A DNA stretch of 64,000 nucleotides from an uncultured delta proteobacterium (GTDB lineage: Bacteria > Myxococcota_A > Polyangia > Fen-1088). Position 1 is the first letter of the stretch. The number at the start of each line of letters is the position of its first letter. Under the pieces are notes generated by a model. That model saw only the letters and a list, made by a program, of their open reading frames with translations, had not been told where the DNA came from and did no database searches. Made by a program: the position numbers and the translations under genes. Location of the stretch: positions 2,176,001 through 2,240,000 of the forward strand of contig CAVYGB010000008.1 of assembly GCA_963767925.1 (NCBI GenBank), given 5' to 3'. Of this stretch, positions 57,638-64,000 are shown one piece after another.

Positions 57638-59874
57638 CTATTGCTCTGCGACCGCCTCCCAGCCGCAGGAGACGCGGACGGCGCAATGTTTGTAGCTGGG
57701 CTGGCGGGAGTGGGGGTCGAAGGCCGGGAAGGTCAGGCTGTTCACCGCAGCGGCGTGCATGGGTAGGAACACCTGGCCGAGCTTGACCCCTTCGCTGACG
57801 AAGGCGCGGGCCCGGAGGCTGCCCCGAGCCGAGCTCACCGTCACGCAGGCCCGGGGCGCGATGCCGAGCGCCTCGGCGTCGGCGGGGTTGATCTCGAGGT
57901 ACAGCTCCGCCGGGGACAGCCCGCGCAGGACCCCGGACTTGTCGGTGCGGGTCCCCGTGTGCCACTGGCTGGAGCTGCCCCGCCCGGTGAGCAAGGTGAA
58001 GGGGTAGGCCGGTGAGGGGCGCTCGGGCGGCGGGCGGGGCGCATCGAACAGCAGCCGCGCCCGCCCGTCGGGGTGGAAGAACAGGCCGTCCTCGAACAGC
58101 CGCCGCTGCCCGTCGGCCGGGTCGGCCCCCGCGGGGAAGGGCCACTGGATGCCGCCGGCCTCGTCGAGCGCCTGGTAGTCGCCGGATGCCGGTGATGTCG
58201 CAGGGCCGACCCCGTGACAGCGCCTTGATGATCTGGAAGACGGCCTCGGGGCTGCTCCAGGCGCCGGAACAGCTCGCCGCAGCCCCAGGCGTCCGCCACC
58301 AGGCGAAAGATGTGGAAGTCGGCCAGCGCCTCGCCGGGGGCGTGGGCCACCTTCTTGGTCAGGCCGATCCGCCGCTCGGAGTTGATGAAGGTCCCCTCCT
58401 TCTCCCCCCACCCGGCCGCCGGCAGGACGAGGTCGGCCAGCTCGGCGGTCTCGGTGCTCGTGTACATGTCCTGCACCACCAGGAAGTCGAGCCGGGCGAG
58501 CACCTCCCGGGCGTGGCGCCTGGTTGATCCAGGAGTGGGCGGGGTTGGTGGCGACGATCCAGAGGCCTCGGATCTGGCCGGCGGCGATCCGCTCGAGGAT
58601 CTGGTCGTAGGCCAGGCTGCCCTGGCGGGGGATGCGCCCCTCGTCGATGGCCAGGACCTCGGCCACCGCCCGGCGGTGTTCGGGGTTGGCGAAGTCGCGC
58701 CCCCCGAGCAGGCCGGTCGTGTTGCTGAAGAGGCGCGAGCCCATGGCGTTGCATTGCCCGGTGATCGAGTTGGCGCCGGTGCCCGGGCGGCCGATGTTGC
58801 CGGTCATCAGGGCGAGGTTGATGATCGCCTGGGCGGTGCGGGTGGCCTCGTGGCCCTGGTTCACCCCCATGGTCCACCAGAACGAGACCCGCTTGCCCGC
58901 GTGGATCAGCTCGGCCAGGGCCTGGATCCGAGCCTGCGGCAGATCGCAGGCCGACGCCGCCCGCTCCAGGGTGAAGGCGGCGAGCTGGGCGCGCAGCTCG
59001 GCGAAGCCCGCCGGTGTGGGCCTCGACGAAGGCGCCGGTCGACCCAGCCCCGCTCGATCAGCACCCGGGCCAGAGCCGTGAAGCAGGACCAGGTCGGACT
59101 TCGGGGCCAGGGGCGAGATGGTGGCTCGCGGCCATGGCGGTCTCGGTCTTGCGCGGGTCGACGACGACGATGGCGGGCTGGTCGGGGTTGCGGCAGATCC
59201 GCTCCCACATGATGGGGTGGGCGATGCAGAGGTTCGAGCCGACGAGCACGATGACGTCGGACTGCCTCGAAGTCGGCGTAGGTGAACGGAGGCGCGTCGA
59301 AGCCGAACGATTGCTTGTAGGCGACCGCCGAGGTGGCCATGCACTGGCGGGTGTTGCCGTCGCCGTGGATCATGCCCATGCCGAACTTGGCCAGGGCGCC
59401 CAGCAAGGCCAGCTCCTCGGTGACGATCTGGCCGGTGCCCAGCCAGGCGACGGCGTCGGCACCGCAGCGGTCCTGGATCGCCTTCCAGCGGCGGACCAGC
59501 GTCTCGAGCGCCACCGCCCAGGAGACGGGCTCCTGCTGGCCCCGGCGGTTGCGCAGCAGCGGCACGGTGGCCCGATCGGCGGCGGCGCAGCGGGGCCAGC
59601 GCCTCCCAGCCCTTGGGGCAGGCCATCCCGAGGTTCACCGGGTAGTCGCGTGCTGGGGCTGAGGTTGACGGCCGCCCCCGCCCGCAGGTGCACGTCGAGG
59701 CCACAGCCGGTCGAGCAGAAGCCGCAGACCGAGGTCGTCACCTGGTCGGGGGCCAGCCGGTCGGGCACCATGCCCAGGCCGAAGCGGCCGGGGGCCAGCA
59801 GGAGATCGCGGGTGAGCGGGCCCGTTGTCGGCGCGCAGCAGGCGCCGCACCCGCTCCGGCAGCGAGCGGATCAC
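57638..59874 (-). CDS. nasA: Assimilatory nitrate reductase catalytic (molybdopterin) subunit, many frameshifts
   Basis: [48 protein letters not shown]...QWHTGTRT. Confidence 0.88.
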
Positions 59875-61599
59875 CGCAGGGCCCCGGGCATCCGCGAGGC
59901 GGGGGCGGCCTGGAAGAACAGGCGTCGCTCGAGCAGCTCTCCCGCCAGCAAGGCGGCGAGCGCGACGAGGGCGGCCAGCGGGCTGGCCCCGGGCCGCGTG
60001 TCCCCCTCCGCGAGCAGCAGGGCCGGCAGCAGCAGGCCGCCGAGGACCCCGCAGGCGAGCCGGGAGAGGGCCAGCGGCCGGAGCTCACCCACCAGCAGGC
60101 GGGCGACCCGCCGGGGACCGCCGGGCCGACCGCCGCGCAGGTGGCGCAACACCGCAGCCTCGACGGCGAGCTTGCTGGCGCCCACCGCGATCACCGCCCA
60201 CAGCAACCCGCGCAGGAGCGCGGGGTCGCTCGCCGCCGGCGCCATCGCGAGGGCGGCGCCCAGCTCGAGGTTGCCGTGGGTGGCGGCCAGCCCCAGCAGC
60301 ACCGTGGTGGCGAAGAAGCGAAACCCGGTGATGGGCCCGGCCCAGCTGGCGCGGCGGGTGACGACGTAGACCATGACCGAGCAGAACACGCTGGCCAGGC
60401 CGAGCAGGACCGCGACCGCCTCGAGCCAGCCAGCCGCGGGGAGGCCGGGCAGCCGCGCCCGGACGCCCGGGAGGGACGCCGCCGCGAAGGCCGCCGCGGC
60501 CCCCGCGAAGAGCCCGAAGCCGAGGGCCTCCCGGCTCAACCAGGAGGTGCGCAGGCCGATCACGGCCCGGAAGGCGTAGGCCGGGCGGCCCAGGTGAAAC
60601 AGGCTGGCGCCGAGGGCGACGAACGCCACCAGCGCGCTCGCGACCGCCTGCACCGACCGCCACCCGCCCTCGGGCGGCAGGTCGAGCAGCCGACCCACCA
60701 CCGCCTCGGCCGCTAGCGCCCCGACCGCGAGCTGGGTGAGCACCAGCATGACCACCAGGGGAGGATGGGCGGGCTGGGGCGCCACCAGGTCGTGGTCAGC
60801 GGCCCGCAGGTTCGCCGGGGTCTCCCGCTCCGTCCGGTAGACGGTGGTGGGCAGGGTGTGGCCGGGCGCCGGCGCCCCCGGCAGGAACCGACCCGCCTCG
60901 CCGGCCTGGCGCGCCTCCGCCCGCTCCACGACGCGGATGCGGATGGCCTGGTTGGGGCAGCCCTGCACGCAGGCCGGCGCCTCGTCGGCCGCCAGGCGAT
61001 CGCGAGCACATGTCGCACTTGCGCACGATGCCCCGGGCGGCGCTGTACTTGGGGGCATCGTAGGGACACATCAGGGTGCAGTACTGGCACCCGATGCACT
61101 GGTCATCGAGGTGGCGCACGATCCCGGTATCGGGATCCTTCTCGTAGGCCTTCACCGGGCAGCCCGCCAGGCAGGCCGGATCGAGGCAGTGGTGGCAGGA
61201 GGTGGTGACGGTCTGCTGGGTGGGCTGACCGGGCGCCCCGCCGTGGAGCAGGCCCACCGTCCGCCAGACCTCGGGCCCGTCCAGGCCGTTCAGGCTGTGG
61301 CAGGCGGCCACGCAGGCCTTGCACCCGGTGCAGGCGTCGAGGTCGACCTCGAAGGCGTATTGCTGGCCGGGGGCCGGGCGCTCGAGCGGGATGAGGTCGC
61401 GGTAGTACCGGGCCTGGGCCGGGGGGGCCGGCTCTGCTTGCCGGCGGGCGAAGCGGGACACGGCGGTCAGATCCTGCTGCTCGCGCAGCAGCGCCTGCAG
61501 CAGGTCGGGCCCCGAGGCGCGGGTCGGCGGCGCGACCTTCAGGCGCGGGCTGCGGAGGATGGGCGCCGCGCTCGCGCCGCCGGCCACGACGTCTCCCAT
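59871..61599 (-). CDS. Fused 4Fe-4S (DmsB-like) and DmsC/YnfH membrane anchor protein, frameshift near 61000
   Basis: [20 protein letters not shown]...[40 protein letters not shown]. Confidence 0.87.
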
Positions 61600-61607
61600 C
61601 GCCGCCC

Positions 61608-61958
61608 TCAGCGCCCCGGCTCGCTCCCGCGAGCCTCGAGCGAGACCTCGACCCGGCCGCTGCGCAGCCGGACCGGATAGACCCGCACGGCGACCTCCGG
61701 ATCGTCGAGGCAACGCCCGCTGCGCAGGTCGAAGCTGTGCTTGAAGAGCGGCGAGGCCACCTTCGGCGCGCCGGCCCGGTCGCCCACGATCCCCCGCGAC
61801 AGCACGAAGGCCTTGGCGAAGGGGTCGAAGTTCGCGAGGGCGTGGAGCTCGTCGGCGCCCACCCGGAAGATCGCCACCTGCTTGCCGCCCAGCAGGGCGC
61901 AGACGCCCGTGTCGGGCAAGATGTCGTCGACCGCGCAGACGTCGAGCCAGGGCCCCAT
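61608..61958 (-). CDS. nirD: Nitrite reductase small subunit
   Basis: [45 protein letters not shown]. Confidence 0.93.
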   Translation of the reverse strand: MGPWLDVCAVDDILPDTGVCALLGGKQVAIFRVGADELHALANFDPFAKAFVLSRGIVGDRAGAPKVASPLFKHSFDLRSGRCLDDPEVAVRVYPVRLRSGRVEVSLEARGSEPGR

Positions 61959-64000
61959 CAGATCGCCTCCTTCACCAGGGGGGCCTTCTCGCTCCAGCCC
62001 GCCGTCCGGTGCTGGCGGCGCAGGGGCACCGTGACGATGCTGGGATCGACGGCCTCGCTGTTGACGAACGGCCGGAAGCGCTTGAGCTTCTCCGGATCGT
62101 TGATGGTTGTCGTCCACTCGCACTGGTAGCTGTCGACAACCTGCTGCATGTCCCGCTCGAGCTCGGCCCCGATCCCCAGGGCGTCCTCGACGATCACCCG
62201 GCGCAGGTATTCGATGCCCCCCTCCAGCTTGTTCAACCAGGTGGCGGTGCGCTCGAGCCGGTCGGCGGTGCGCACGTAGAACATCAGGAAGCGATCGAGA
62301 TACCGCCGCACACGTCGGCTCGTCGACGTCCGAGGCCAGCAGCTGCCCGTGCTGGGGCTTCATGCCCCCGTTGCCGCAGACGTAGAGGTTGTAGCCCCGC
62401 TCGGTGGCGATGACCCCGAAGTCCTTGCTCTGGGCCTCGGCGCACTCGCGGGCGCAGCCGGAGGCGGCGCCCTTGAGCTTGTGGGGGCTGCGCAGGCCCT
62501 TGTAGCGGTTCTCCAGATCGACCGCCAGGCTGACCGAGTCCTGCACGCCGTAGCGGCACCAGGTGCTGCCCACGCAGGACTTCACCGTGCGCAGGGCCTT
62601 GCCGTAGGCGTGGCCCGATTCGAACCCGGCGGCGATGAGCGCGCTCCAGATGGGCGGGAGCTGGTCCACCCGAGCGCCGAACAGGTCGACCCGCTGAGCG
62701 CCGGTGATCTTCGTGTACAGCCCGAAGCGCTTGGCCACCTCCCCGAGGGCGATGAGCTGGTCGGGTGTGATCTCCCCGCCCGGGACCCGCGGCACCACCG
62801 AGTAGCTGCCGTCCCGCTGCATGTTGGCCAGGAAGCGGTCGTTCGTGTCCTGCAGGCCGACGTGTTCGTCCTTGCCGATGTATTCGTTGAAGGTGGAGGC
62901 CAGGATGGAGGCCACCACCGGCTTGCACATCTCGCAGCCCCGGCCCGCTCCCTGCCGGGCGATGACCTCGTCGAAGGTGCGCAGGTGCTGGACCTTGACG
63001 ATGTGAAACAGCTCCTGCCGGGAGAGGGCAAAGTGCTCGCACAGCCGGTTCGAGACCGCCACCCCCGCCCGCTTCAGCTCCGCCTTGAGGAGGTCGTTCA
63101 GCAGCGGGAGACAGGAGCCACAGCCCGGTGCCAGCGCGGGTGCAGGCCTTGACGTCTCCCAGGGCGCTGAGGCCCTGGCCGGCGATCGCCGCGCAGATGG
63201 CGCCCTTGGCCAGACGTTGTGGCAGCTACAGATGAGGGCGGTCTCCGGCAGCGCATCGACCCCCAACCCGACCGCCCTCCCCCCCTCGCGGCCCGGCGGC
63301 AGGATAAGGTCTTCGGGGCAGGGCGGCAGGGCCACCTTGTTGCGATAGACCCCGTGGAGCTGGCCGTAGCTGCTGGCGTCGCCGACCAGGATGCCACCCA
63401 GCAGGATGCGCTTGTCGGCGCTGACCACCAGCTTCTTGTAGACCCCCGCCGCCGTGTCGGCGACGCTCAGGGTGTGGGCCCCTGGCTCGAGGGCGAAGGC
63501 GTCGCCGAAGCTGGCGACGTCCACCCCGAGCAGCTTGAGCTTGCTGCTCATGTCGAAGGCCGGGGGCAGCCGGGCCCCCTTGCCCAGCAGATCGGCGGCC
63601 GCCACCTCGGCCATCTGGTAGCCGGGGGCCACCAGGCCGTAGGTCCGCCCGTCGTAGGAGGCGCACTCGCCGATGGCGTGGATGTCGGGCCGGGAGGTGC
63701 GGCAGCGGTCGTCGACCGCGAACCCGCCCCGGGGACCGATCTCCAGGCCGCAGGCGCGACCGAGCTCGTCGCGGGGGCGGATGCCCGCCGAGAAGACCAG
63801 CAGGTCGGTCCGCAGCTCGCCGCCGTCGGCGAACAGCAGCGCCCGCACCCGCCCGTCCTCGCTAACGACCTCCTTGCTCGTCATGCCGGTGTGCACCGCC
63901 ACCCCGAGCCCCTCGATGCGCCGGCGCAAGATGGCGCCACCGAGGTCGTCCACCTGCAGCGGCATGAGCCGGGGAGCCTGCTCGACGATGTGGGTCTCGA
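61958..64000 (-). CDS. nirB: NAD(P)H nitrite reductase large subunit (5' end outside the window; frameshifts)
   Basis: [57 protein letters not shown]. Confidence 0.95.

Noticed and set aside
61608..63965. NirB-NirD fusion ORF of 785 aa
   Set aside because: A frameshift near 62310 moves the true NirB tail to ORF 61958..62311; nirD has its own ATG overlapping that stop

Overview
High-GC (~72%) chromosomal window from a myxobacterium (Myxococcota, probably Polyangia-like). The assignment is inferred from Ser/Thr kinases, FHA proteins, PP2C, PilZ proteins, a CdbA-like ribbon-helix-helix protein and a giant GltI/AgmK-like TPR protein. It holds signalling and envelope genes (1-18 kb), a housekeeping block (lepB, lepA, tRNA-Met, elbB, tgt, queA, bamB/yfgM-like, der, era), kdgD, an ECF sigma factor fused to a TM helix and LamG domain, and a HEAT-repeat protein. 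A 4.7-kb mobile-element graveyard follows (36.8-41.5 kb), then the ~11.2-kb TPR gene, aguB/aguA and a nitrate/nitrite assimilation operon. Two structures stand out. (i) A 1601-bp IS5-family element (22-bp TIRs, TAA duplication) carries a 712-bp cassette bounded by GCAAATT direct repeats; the cassette encodes only a four-helix-bundle protein plus a ~170-nt hexamer-repeat hairpin and is a candidate transposase-free mobile unit. (ii) Two different IS66 3' ends are cut at the same codon and joined back-to-back through a 20-bp TTATGC-N8-GCATAA palindrome. Many genes, mostly beyond 48 kb, carry single-base frameshifts that probably reflect sequencing errors. All calls come from reading motifs by eye; no database search was run.
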